Below are positions 45,805 to 54,006 of a DNA stretch of 64,000 nt, one piece after another. Each line of letters opens with the position of its first letter. The first letter of the stretch is position 1. This DNA comes from a virus. Below the pieces are notes generated by a model, which made no database searches, was not told the DNA's origin, and was given only the letters and a program-made list of their open reading frames with translations. Where the stretch lies: positions 3,348-67,347 of IMG/VR virus record IMGVR_UViG_3300025276_000032. The stretch is one strand, 5' to 3'. A program made the position numbers and the translations under genes.

Positions 45805-46044
45805 CTATACAGTCCTGATAGTGTTATTTCTGCCAGAACCTTCTTTGGTTCTATTCATCAAATCTTTAAAACCCTGGGGAGTTTGACCTAACATATCTCG
45901 CCTTGATCCGATAAATCCTGCTGTAGATAATCCCTGAGTCAAATTTGTATCTTCCGAAAGCATTTCTTGTAATTTTGACCAAGTACATTGTACTTCCCAA
46001 GACTCATCTGTTGTAGTATTTTTTATTGTATAAAGTGGCATCAT
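45805..46044 (-). CDS. Small FmdB-like conserved phage protein
   Basis: MPLYT...GFKDLM pattern, next to phoH. Confidence 0.6.
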   Translation of the reverse strand: MMPLYTIKNTTTDESWEVQCTWSKLQEMLSEDTNLTQGLSTAGFIGSRRDMLGQTPQGFKDLMNRTKEGSGRNNTIRTV

Positions 46045-46173
46045 TCATATCCATCTGAATTGATAATTTCTGTTTATGTAGTTCTAGTTCCCAATGTCTA
46101 ACTATTAGAAATTTATTCTTGTGGTCTCTCGGCAACTTCTTAGCTCTTTGTAAATTGTCATACTCATATTTAA

Positions 46174-46734
46174 CTAACTTGCTACGGCTGTAAACCAGTC
46201 CGGAATTTGTCGTTTGGACCATGACATTTTAAACCTTTCTTGCTTTGTCTTATAGTACAATTTATACGATTTTATTGGATCGTCTGGAAAAATACATTCT
46301 GGTGCTGCACCCATAGCTAATTTGAACGGCGTTTGTTCTATATCTGGTATATTTTTAGGAGCAACGCGGAGAGCATGTTCCAACTTAGTCTGCGTCAAAT
46401 GTACTTTGTTATATCTATATGAATATTCTTGACAGAGAGCCACAAAATGCGTATAGTGCCAGTCGTAGTTTGCTTTGGATTCCATCGTCCATACTGTACA
46501 TGGATGGTGATGATGGACAGCTTTATAAAACAAATCTTCTCGGTCGTCTAGTAATTCGTAGTATTTTATAATACGTTTGCCAGACTTAGATCGTTTACGA
46601 CATTCTACACCGTCAGCCATCCGGTGAGCGGTACAAAGCATCTGACCACTTTCTAGTATCATTTTAACAACATGTTTATCGCACTGCAACCGGGCAGCTT
46701 CTACTGGATCGTTTGAAAGAATAAATATATTCAT
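46174..46734 (-). CDS. denV: Pyrimidine-dimer DNA glycosylase / endonuclease V family
   Basis: MNIF.L..DP..AA...CDKHVVKMILE..Q.L, HPCTVW, EY.YRY. Confidence 0.8.
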   Translation of the reverse strand: MNIFILSNDPVEAARLQCDKHVVKMILESGQMLCTAHRMADGVECRKRSKSGKRIIKYYELLDDREDLFYKAVHHHHPCTVWTMESKANYDWHYTHFVALCQEYSYRYNKVHLTQTKLEHALRVAPKNIPDIEQTPFKLAMGAAPECIFPDDPIKSYKLYYKTKQERFKMSWSKRQIPDWFTAVAS

Positions 46735-47030
46735 TAGCCTACCTGCATATCAATTGTATTTACGAGGTCTTCAACAAAAACGTCTGTTACTTTCTTGTCT
46801 GTGATGCAAGTATGTACGCCTTTGACTTTACGGAGACGCATAAATGTTACATCATAAAGATCGGATCCGTTCAATTCGATTTGAACTTTGCCTTTCCATT
46901 TAACCATACCGCTAGTTTTGAACATAATACCATCTGTTGATGTACGCATATATTCTTTTGAACCCCAAGCCCAAAGCGCAGTTTTGTCGATTGTTTGGAT
47001 TTGGGAGAGGATTGTTTCTGCTACAGACAT
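46734..47030 (-). CDS. Hypothetical early protein
   Basis: Start corrected to ATG 47030. Confidence 0.7.
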   Translation of the reverse strand: MSVAETILSQIQTIDKTALWAWGSKEYMRTSTDGIMFKTSGMVKWKGKVQIELNGSDLYDVTFMRLRKVKGVHTCITDKKVTDVFVEDLVNTIDMQVG

Positions 47031-47048
47031 TGGATCTCTTTCTATATG

Positions 47049-47096
47049 TGATTCTGTTTCTACAGTTAGAATAGCATAATAAAGTAGGCTTGTCAA
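47049..47096 (-). promoter_or_regulatory. Early promoter repeat copy 12
   Basis: TTGACA-N17-TATTCT, GATTC at 47050-47054. Confidence 0.85.
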
Positions 47097-47098
47097 CC

Positions 47099-47401
47099 TT
47101 ATTTATCAAAAAGTTTTGTATATTTTCTATGCTGTTTGATATTCCACTTTTCAACAACATCGTCGCCGTTTGCGTCAGTGGTCAAGATGTATGCAACAGT
47201 TTTCTTAACTATTGCAAAGCGAAAGCCTTGATCCATATTCCAAGGAGTTGTTACCCAGACTTTATGAGGATACTCTTCGCCGAAGCCGGTTTCGTTATTA
47301 GTTGAAAATTCAAAAAAGTTATTGTTCTCTTTCAGAAGAAAACTACCTTGGATGCTGCTATCGCCGTATGTGAAGCCTACATTTTCTGGTGCAAATGACA
47401 T
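47099..47401 (-). CDS. Hypothetical early protein
   Basis: Start corrected to ATG 47401. Confidence 0.7.
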   Translation of the reverse strand: MSFAPENVGFTYGDSSIQGSFLLKENNNFFEFSTNNETGFGEEYPHKVWVTTPWNMDQGFRFAIVKKTVAYILTTDANGDDVVEKWNIKQHRKYTKLFDK

Positions 47402-47419
47402 TGTGTGAACCCTTTCAAG

Positions 47420-47467
47420 TGATTCTGTTTCTATGACTAATCTAGCATAAACAGAACCACTTGTCAA
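47420..47467 (-). promoter_or_regulatory. Early promoter repeat copy 13
   Basis: TTGACA-N17-TAGATT, GATTC at 47421-47425. Confidence 0.85.
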
Positions 47468-47477
47468 GAGGTTTATT

Positions 47478-47648
47478 TTACGCTACCTCAAATATTTGCG
47501 ATTTAGTTGTTATGTAATTGTCCAGATACTGTTTCTTAGCTTTGATTTTTTTTACTAGATCAAATTTGCCTTCATTTGTAAGCTTTTGTGCATAATTTTC
47601 TAATTCGGCACTATCGTTCTGAAGTCTCTGGAGTTGATCGTTGGACAT
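47478..47648 (-). CDS. Small hypothetical protein
   Basis: ATG 47648 with AAGGAG SD. Confidence 0.65.
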   Translation of the reverse strand: MSNDQLQRLQNDSAELENYAQKLTNEGKFDLVKKIKAKKQYLDNYITTKSQIFEVA

Positions 47649-47662
47649 GGTATTTCTCCTTG

Positions 47663-47699
47663 AAAAGTAAAAAACCAGCTTCTCCTGGAGAAACCGGCT
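47663..47699 (-). terminator. Rho-independent terminator
   Basis: GCCGGTTTCTC-CAG-GAGAAGCTGGT followed by TTTTTACTTTT. Confidence 0.75.
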
Positions 47700-47741
47700 A
47701 CAAAGTTTTTTATTATTTTTATTGGGATCGCGCATATTGTG

Positions 47742-48155
47742 TTATTGCGAAATTAGATTTGGAAATGCCTTTTTTACCGTTGCTTTTGTTATTCCTGAAA
47801 TGTTTGTTTTGCTTGTCATGTTAATTACAATCTCCGCGTCTTGAGGGTGAATAGATTCTAGCAATTTAATATAGAGCATTTCACGCTTCGCTTTTAACAT
47901 TTTATCGCCTGCCAAACCTTTAACAAAGTGTTTGAATTGACGGTTTTGTTTTAGCAAACTTGATGGTGAGTTATGCCCTTGGTTCTTTTCAAATGGTGGC
48001 TTTCCCGCTGGCACATTCCATTGGACTATATCATCATATGTTCCTCTCAGAACATCTTTCAAAGCCCAACTTTCGTTCTTCTGCAAAATAGTAACTTTAT
48101 CGTCACCTTTCGCGTTTTTCACCTCTTCAAATATTTCATGGATATGCTTTCTCAT
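47742..48155 (-). CDS. Conserved T4-like hypothetical protein (rnh neighbour)
   Basis: W.VP.G.PPF...KRE.LYI.LLESIHP.DAE. Confidence 0.75.
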   Translation of the reverse strand: MRKHIHEIFEEVKNAKGDDKVTILQKNESWALKDVLRGTYDDIVQWNVPAGKPPFEKNQGHNSPSSLLKQNRQFKHFVKGLAGDKMLKAKREMLYIKLLESIHPQDAEIVINMTSKTNISGITKATVKKAFPNLISQ

Positions 48156-49006
48156 TATATGAACTCCTGAACGCTTTCTACTAATAATCTACATCTTTTC
48201 TGAACCAAGTATGGAAACACTTTACCTTTGTTTTTTTGCGGGTCTTGTGCTTCATACTTATTTATAATCTCATCTTTGATATTTTGCGGAGTTTCTGTTA
48301 AATCTACAAGTTTTTTATTACGAATAAAATTTCTATACGTTTCTTCATTCATACCCATCTTAGGATCTGTACTGTTATACCAAGCGTCCATCTTCTTTTT
48401 AGTCATTGGTTTTTGTCTAATGCCCTCAGCAATAGCATTGTCAGGAGAAAGAATATTTGGCACACCATCACTACCACAACCTTTAAAGATTTTCTCCATA
48501 GTCCATCTGTGGGCATCGTCTGTAGAGACAAGCTTTTTTGTAATAGGACTAAATTGTTTTACATTAGACATTTTCTGTAGCTGAATGAAATCATTATCGC
48601 CAGAAATGATCATTACATTTTCATGCTTACCAAACTCTTGTGTCTCAAATGCGATACGCGCAATAGTATCATCAGCTTCACAGCCCCACTGCTTAATTGT
48701 CTTATATGGAAAATTGTCGCCGATTTCTTCGAAAATCATGCCGATAATTCTAAATGCTTCTTGCCAGTCGATCTTAGATTCATCACGACCTTCAGAACGT
48801 CTCCACTTGTAATATGGATAAATTTCTTTGCGAAAGTTGCCGCCGCCATCAGCAACGACAACTATCTCTCCATACTCTTTAAAATACTTTTTACGATACA
48901 TTCTGATCTGATTGAGAATCATTGGTCGTATAATATTTTCATCAATAGGCTCTTTTCGTGCAAGCATCATACCAATAGCAACGCCATTATAGTCAATTAG
49001 AATCAT
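48155..49006 (-). CDS. rnh: T4-like RNase H (5'-3' exonuclease)
   Basis: MILIDYN, FRKEIYPYYK..R, EADD, ISGDNDFIQL, SDGVPNILS. Confidence 0.92.
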   Translation of the reverse strand: MILIDYNGVAIGMMLARKEPIDENIIRPMILNQIRMYRKKYFKEYGEIVVVADGGGNFRKEIYPYYKWRRSEGRDESKIDWQEAFRIIGMIFEEIGDNFPYKTIKQWGCEADDTIARIAFETQEFGKHENVMIISGDNDFIQLQKMSNVKQFSPITKKLVSTDDAHRWTMEKIFKGCGSDGVPNILSPDNAIAEGIRQKPMTKKKMDAWYNSTDPKMGMNEETYRNFIRNKKLVDLTETPQNIKDEIINKYEAQDPQKNKGKVFPYLVQKRCRLLVESVQEFI

Positions 49007-49031
49007 AATAATCTCCGGTTTGTTTCATTGT

Positions 49032-49060
49032 ATAATAGCATAATGGCACTTACTTGTCAA
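49032..49060 (-). promoter_or_regulatory. sigma70-type promoter for rnh (no GANTC tag)
   Basis: TTGACA-N17-TATTAT with extended TG. Confidence 0.65.
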
Positions 49061-49298
49061 TAGCTAAGTTCCTTTTTTCTCTTATTGTTTCAGTCAAATC
49101 GAGGACGCTTTCTCTTTCTATTAAAGAAATTATAGTTTCTGTTACGCCGATCTCATGTTGAATTTTTCCCAACTTTGTCATTAGTTTATTCATTTCTTTT
49201 GTATAAAATTCTAACTCTTGTTTCTTTCTGGCGCGTTGGTCGTATATGTCAGTAATATCGATTAGTTTAGGTTCGGGAATAATAACACTCTTAGTCAT
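49050..49298 (-). CDS. Hypothetical coiled-coil protein
   Basis: 82-aa ORF. Confidence 0.7.
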   Translation of the reverse strand: MTKSVIIPEPKLIDITDIYDQRARKKQELEFYTKEMNKLMTKLGKIQHEIGVTETIISLIERESVLDLTETIREKRNLAIDK

Positions 49299-49755
49299 TA
49301 AGAACTACAACACCTTCGTGAAGCAGCCGTTGGCGATTTACCATATGTTGAACTTCTACGTCCGCTTTGTTTTGACCGAAATATTTTACAGCTTGTCCTT
49401 CATCAATTAAGATTTTGGTCGCTCGAACTGTTTCATTGATGCCATTTGCAGTTTTATGTTCTATCATAAAGTCTCCGAGAACTCGACCAAATTTACCTTT
49501 AGCATCTTCTCCTGACTTATCTACTTCTGTTTTTAGAATTTGTGTTGAACCGACAGGAAGCAATTCTTTCAACCTTACTTTAGCTGCAAGTCCAAATGCC
49601 TTTTCTACAAGATCGCGGGTGCGAGATTCAGGCGTATCAATACCCATCATCCGAACCCGCTCTTTGTGAATCCATATGCCAAAGCCTAAGTCGATATCTA
49701 TGTCTACTGTGTCACCATCGACAACACGCAAAATTTTACATTTATATTCATACAT
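49291..49755 (-). CDS. Thermonuclease (SNase-like) endonuclease
   Basis: RVVDGDTVD, RMMGIDTPE, GKFGRVLG. Confidence 0.88.
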   Translation of the reverse strand: MYEYKCKILRVVDGDTVDIDIDLGFGIWIHKERVRMMGIDTPESRTRDLVEKAFGLAAKVRLKELLPVGSTQILKTEVDKSGEDAKGKFGRVLGDFMIEHKTANGINETVRATKILIDEGQAVKYFGQNKADVEVQHMVNRQRLLHEGVVVLND

Positions 49756-50173
49756 TTTTTATTTTTCCTTTAACATGACTAGCGTGTATTTTAACGCCAA
49801 TAAATTGATTGTAATATTCATCACGAAAAAGAACTTCGCGGTCAAATTGTTCTTTAGCTTCAAAATAACTCATTAGACCTTTAGTCTCACAAAGTCTCAA
49901 TATTTCTCTGCTAAATCTTTCTGGACCGTCGCTTTCTACTAATAGCTTCAATTCTTCATTTGAGCCGTAATATTTCATCCAATCAGATTCTTTTACGACT
50001 TTACGCTTTCTGGTTTTCCCTTTTAACGGAGCTAATCGTCTTGTAGACCAGAACCCTTTCTTTCCAATATATAATTTTTCGTTAGTGTTGTCTTTAATTT
50101 CATATACAAACCCCACCCAAAGCTTCAATTCTTCTTCGGATGGGGCATACTCTTTACCTTGATAAAACCACAT
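49748..50173 (-). CDS. GIY-YIG-like protein
   Basis: GFVYEI...YIGKK...YYGS...E. Confidence 0.7.
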   Translation of the reverse strand: MWFYQGKEYAPSEEELKLWVGFVYEIKDNTNEKLYIGKKGFWSTRRLAPLKGKTRKRKVVKESDWMKYYGSNEELKLLVESDGPERFSREILRLCETKGLMSYFEAKEQFDREVLFRDEYYNQFIGVKIHASHVKGKIKNV

Positions 50174-50328
50174 TATTCGTCATATTCATCGTCATCGGCA
50201 TGCAAATCTACAGGACTACCACACATTGGACAAGCTTCCGGCTCTGCGTCTGCGTCTCCGTTTAAAACTTCTATTGAGGTTTGATATTGGCATAGAGGGC
50301 AGTCTATATAAAAATTCTGTTTTGCCAT
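50173..50328 (-). CDS. Small zinc-ribbon protein (51 aa, not in ORF track)
   Basis: MAKQNFYIDCPLC...CPMCG...; AAGGA SD; coupled to the next gene. Confidence 0.7.
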   Translation of the reverse strand: MAKQNFYIDCPLCQYQTSIEVLNGDADAEPEACPMCGSPVDLHADDDEYDE

Positions 50329-50375
50329 ACAATTATTCCTTATCTTTTCTGTTAATCATATATAGCACTTCCAGA

Positions 50376-52019
50376 TCAACCCTCACAGGAGGCACAATTC
50401 ATTATATCTCTAACCAATTCTTGCGCTGGATTTGCAGACCGTTGGTAATAAAACGTCTTAACACCACATCTCCAACCTTCAATTATTAATGCATTAACAT
50501 CTTTTGCAGATACGTCTGGATGTATTAAAATATTGAGCGATTGACTTTGGTCAATATATTTCTGTCTTGCGCCTGCCTGCTGTACGATAGATAGAGGAGT
50601 AATTTCGGAAAATGTCTTGAAAACGTCTTTTTCATTTTGTGTTAGAAAATCTAAATGTTGAACAGACCCACCATGCTTCAGAACATCTACCCATACTTTT
50701 TCATTATTTTTTCCATGATCGTGGAGACAACCTTCAAGATGTTTATTTCTAAAAGTAAACTTGCCTTTTGCCAGATCTTTTGTGAAATAATTAGATGCTA
50801 GAGGCTCAATAGCAGGTGATACTTGACCGAGAATAAAAGAGGATGATGTTGTTGGTGCAATTGCAGTGCGCGTTAAGTTGCGCTCACCAGTTCCCAGCAT
50901 ACCCTTTGGTTCACCATATTCAATAGCTAACTCTTTAGACGCCTCTAAAGAACGATCATCAATAAATTTACTAATTTTGGTAGCTAACATATGTGCAGTA
51001 AAAGATTCAAACGGAATCATTTTAGATTGCAGATATGTGTGCCATCCAAGTTGTCCTAGACCTAAGGCTCTCCAATGTGAAGCAAAATCATGTGCAGACT
51101 TCATAAACGGAATATCTTTAGTCTTTTCACAATACTCTTCCATAACAGCATCAAGAAACCAAATCATAGTTTCTACCGCGTCTGTGTGTTCCCAATCGTC
51201 AAATGTAGCACAATTCATAGACGCAAGATTGCAAACAAAAGACCATTCTTCACTTGACGGTAAACAAATTTCAGAACAAAGATTAGATGCCCAGATAGTA
51301 ATGTCCTGGTCTTTAAGAATCTGTGGTTTATTATTATTGACTGTATCCTTAAAGAACAAATAAGGATAACCACTTTCTCGGCGCTTACGCAAAATTCTTG
51401 CCCAGATAGTACGCTTTTCATTATCACCTGCAATCATGGATTCCATCCACTCATCGCCGATACACACGCCAAGACTTAGATTGATGATCGACGAACCTTC
51501 TTCACGACATTCTAGGAATTCCATAATGTCTGGCGACTCCACATCAAGATATGCAGCACAAGAACCACGACGAACATTGCCTTGAGCGACAACGTCCACT
51601 GTAGTCTCAGCTAGATTCATAAAATGAATTGGACCGTCTGCTGTACCTCCACTTTTAATCTCAGCACCGCGTGATCGTAGTGCGCCGTAGTATGCAGATG
51701 TACCTGCCCCCATTTTAGTTTGCATACCAATTTCAGCAGTTTTCAAAAGAATTGATTCCATATTATCATCAACGAATACGCCGTTACATGAAATGGGAAG
51801 TCCTTTCTTTGTGCCGAAGTTTGACCAAACTGGTGAGGAGAGACTATAAAAACCTCTACTCATATAGTCGTAAAATTTATCAGCAAAACCTTCTTTATCA
51901 AGAATGACTTCCGCTGTTTGTGCGATATTCCGTACTCTTTCTTCGACAGTCATATTTCCGTCAATATATCCACGGCTCAGGAAAGTCCGCGAATCTTCAT
52001 TTGCCCATTGAAATCCCAT
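50376..52019 (-). CDS. nrdA: Ribonucleotide reductase class I alpha subunit
   Basis: ISC, SNLCSEI, CNLAS, LGLG, IAPTTSS, DQSQSLN, KTFYY, C-terminal CxxC. Confidence 0.95.
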   Translation of the reverse strand: MGFQWANEDSRTFLSRGYIDGNMTVEERVRNIAQTAEVILDKEGFADKFYDYMSRGFYSLSSPVWSNFGTKKGLPISCNGVFVDDNMESILLKTAEIGMQTKMGAGTSAYYGALRSRGAEIKSGGTADGPIHFMNLAETTVDVVAQGNVRRGSCAAYLDVESPDIMEFLECREEGSSIINLSLGVCIGDEWMESMIAGDNEKRTIWARILRKRRESGYPYLFFKDTVNNNKPQILKDQDITIWASNLCSEICLPSSEEWSFVCNLASMNCATFDDWEHTDAVETMIWFLDAVMEEYCEKTKDIPFMKSAHDFASHWRALGLGQLGWHTYLQSKMIPFESFTAHMLATKISKFIDDRSLEASKELAIEYGEPKGMLGTGERNLTRTAIAPTTSSSFILGQVSPAIEPLASNYFTKDLAKGKFTFRNKHLEGCLHDHGKNNEKVWVDVLKHGGSVQHLDFLTQNEKDVFKTFSEITPLSIVQQAGARQKYIDQSQSLNILIHPDVSAKDVNALIIEGWRCGVKTFYYQRSANPAQELVRDIMNCASCEG

Positions 52020-52030
52020 TATATAATCCT

Positions 52031-53002
52031 TTAAAATAGATCGTCAGCAGTAATGCCTTGACCTTTTGCATATTCGACAGGACGTTTTTGAAAAAAGTCT
52101 GTCATATTTGCGCCTAATAATTCTTCCTCAAACCAGAAGGTCTCATCGACCAAGTCTTGATCAAATTTTATTTCGCTACTATCAAATCCAATCTGATCTA
52201 AAGATTCTGCCATGCGATATGCAATAAAAGATTTTAGAATATCAGCGTTCAAACCTTTTACTGAATAGTCTCCCATGATCCAATCAATAACTTTACTTTC
52301 TGCTTTCAGTGAGTCGATACACTCTTCCTTAATTCTTGCTAACATTTCATCGTCAAAATATTCTGGATACTCATTACGCATAGTTTGAATTAACTTGATT
52401 CCCACTTGCGCGTGAAGCATTTCTTCATTTCGTGTGTATTGTACTTGTTGGGCACAATCTTTCATTACTGCTCTGTTTCTATTCAGATGCATCATTATAT
52501 AGAACTGGCTAAAGAGGCTTACATTCTCGACAAACAACGTAAACAAAATAATTGAATAGATGTACTGCTTTTTATCATCTTCATAAACTTTATTATTATA
52601 TTTACGGAGATATTCTACACGACCCTTAATAACTTCCTCATTCATATTTTCTTCGAACACGTGGTTCATATGAAGAACATCAAGAATTTTTTCATAAGCC
52701 ATGTTGTGAATGACTTCAGAGTTTGCCATTGCATATCCTAAATCTTTGATTGAAGGATGCGGCAAATGCTTGCCAACATCAGCCCAAAAACTTTTGACTG
52801 CAATTTCGATTTGTCCAATAGCGGACATTGTGCGAACAACCATTTGTTGCTCTTGTTCATTCAGATCAGTTTTGAATTGTGAATAGTCTGACCTGAAATT
52901 AAATTCTTCTGGTGTCCAGAAGCCTTTCCAAATAGCTTCGATAAAGTCTTTTGTCCATGGGTACAGGTCAGGTTTTCTGGCGATTTGTTCTTCAAACAGC
53001 AT
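52031..53002 (-). CDS. nrdB: Ribonucleotide reductase class I beta subunit
   Basis: FWTPEE, EVIHNMAY, ENVSLFSQF, EEMLH, DFFQKRPVEY. Confidence 0.95.
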   Translation of the reverse strand: MLFEEQIARKPDLYPWTKDFIEAIWKGFWTPEEFNFRSDYSQFKTDLNEQEQQMVVRTMSAIGQIEIAVKSFWADVGKHLPHPSIKDLGYAMANSEVIHNMAYEKILDVLHMNHVFEENMNEEVIKGRVEYLRKYNNKVYEDDKKQYIYSIILFTLFVENVSLFSQFYIMMHLNRNRAVMKDCAQQVQYTRNEEMLHAQVGIKLIQTMRNEYPEYFDDEMLARIKEECIDSLKAESKVIDWIMGDYSVKGLNADILKSFIAYRMAESLDQIGFDSSEIKFDQDLVDETFWFEEELLGANMTDFFQKRPVEYAKGQGITADDLF

Positions 53003-53048
53003 ACGTCTTTCTCCGTCTATATTTCGATGATTTTTTATTATCTAGTAC

Positions 53049-53077
53049 ATTATATAGTATTATCCAACTCCCGTCAA
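53049..53077 (-). promoter_or_regulatory. sigma70-type promoter for nrdBA
   Basis: TTGACG-N17-TATAAT. Confidence 0.7.
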
Positions 53078-53137
53078 GAGCAAAAAGACACATTTATTTT
53101 ATATCTTTCGTGTGACATATAGTATCTTATGCGTATA

Positions 53138-53195
53138 TTGACTCTTTTCGAAAATCTGTTATAATAAGATTCTTCTTAGTGAGTGGGGTAGTATA
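53138..53195 (+). repeat. Antisense promoter-like dispersed repeat, copy C
   Basis: TTGACT-N16-TATAAT-AAGATTCTTCTTAGTGAGTGGGGTAGTATA abutting the stop at 53196. Confidence 0.85.
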
Positions 53196-53600
53196 TTATT
53201 CTACCGTAACAGCATCTGCCAATGCATTATCAGCAGCAATATAATATCTCTTATATGCTTCAATGATTGCTTGCTGTTGTGAAATGTACATCCTTATTTC
53301 AGATATATTAAGTGCTAAATTTTTATAGCCTTTATCTGTTAATCCAAAGAGAACTAAGGGTCTGCCAGTTTTATCTTGTTTAGCAAATACTTCCTCAGAT
53401 GTTTCTGGAGTAATAAGAGTCCATTCGATTTCTCTTGCTGAAATTTCGTCAGCTTTAGGTAATACAAGCTCTGGTTTATTTACCGGCTTAGTACTTATTT
53501 CAATCGGCGGTGGTAGACTCTTCCCTAACGATAAGCAACCGCCCAGAAGTAATAAAATCATCATACAACCAAGGGCACTCACTATTGAATGATTTCGCAT
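53196..53600 (-). CDS. Lipoprotein, putative o-spanin
   Basis: Lipobox LLLGGC, Pro-rich, overlaps the upstream i-spanin-like gene. Confidence 0.65.
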   Translation of the reverse strand: MRNHSIVSALGCMMILLLLGGCLSLGKSLPPPIEISTKPVNKPELVLPKADEISAREIEWTLITPETSEEVFAKQDKTGRPLVLFGLTDKGYKNLALNISEIRMYISQQQAIIEAYKRYYIAADNALADAVTVE

Positions 53601-54006
53601 TTTTAGCAGACCTCTCTTTTTCAGTAAATTCAGCGCCTGACATTAACTCAAAACATCTATTAGATTTAACTGTAGCTTTATTTATTACTCTTTCTACAAG
53701 GGCAGGTTTTACTGCGCCTAGCATGCCCATGTCATGTTGTTCTATCTTTTTTTCTAAAATCTTGTTCCTAGTTCGTGTTCTACGCAATTCTTTATTCGTT
53801 GTATTTAGCTCGGCATTAACTGCTTGAACATTCTTTTCCATAGTCTTGATCGTTTCGGTCTGCGTTTGAACAGCCATTTCTAATTTGGCATTATTCTCTT
53901 TTAACAACTCTATTTTATCTTGCATGTTATTCCATGTAGCATAAGCCCCGTATCCTATTGAGGATACGAGACCTATCAGAAATATCATTACATATATTTT
54001 AAGCAT
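53500..54006 (-). CDS. Putative i-spanin
   Basis: N-terminal TM helix followed by a long coiled coil. Confidence 0.65.
   Translation of the reverse strand: MLKIYVMIFLIGLVSSIGYGAYATWNNMQDKIELLKENNAKLEMAVQTQTETIKTMEKNVQAVNAELNTTNKELRRTRTRNKILEKKIEQHDMGMLGAVKPALVERVINKATVKSNRCFELMSGAEFTEKERSAKNAKSFNSECPWLYDDFITSGRLLIVREESTTAD

Noticed and set aside
331-47467. Apparent shared N-terminal peptide (MT...YA.LV(V/I)E(T/K)ESLER) on six ORFs in the track
   Set aside because: It is the promoter repeat translated from the TTG of TTGACA, upstream of the predicted start site; true ATGs with SD-like sequences lie downstream, and other copies are out of frame or contain stops.
49748-50173. Mobile homing endonuclease or intron near nrdA
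   Set aside because: nrdA and nrdB are uninterrupted, and the GIY-YIG-like ORF is short, has no evident DNA-binding extension and is translationally coupled like a core gene.
53046-53125. NrdR boxes upstream of nrdB
   Set aside because: CATTATATAG and GACATATAG only partly match the palindrome, and similar TATATAG words occur at unrelated intergenic sites (8996, 26524, 50359).
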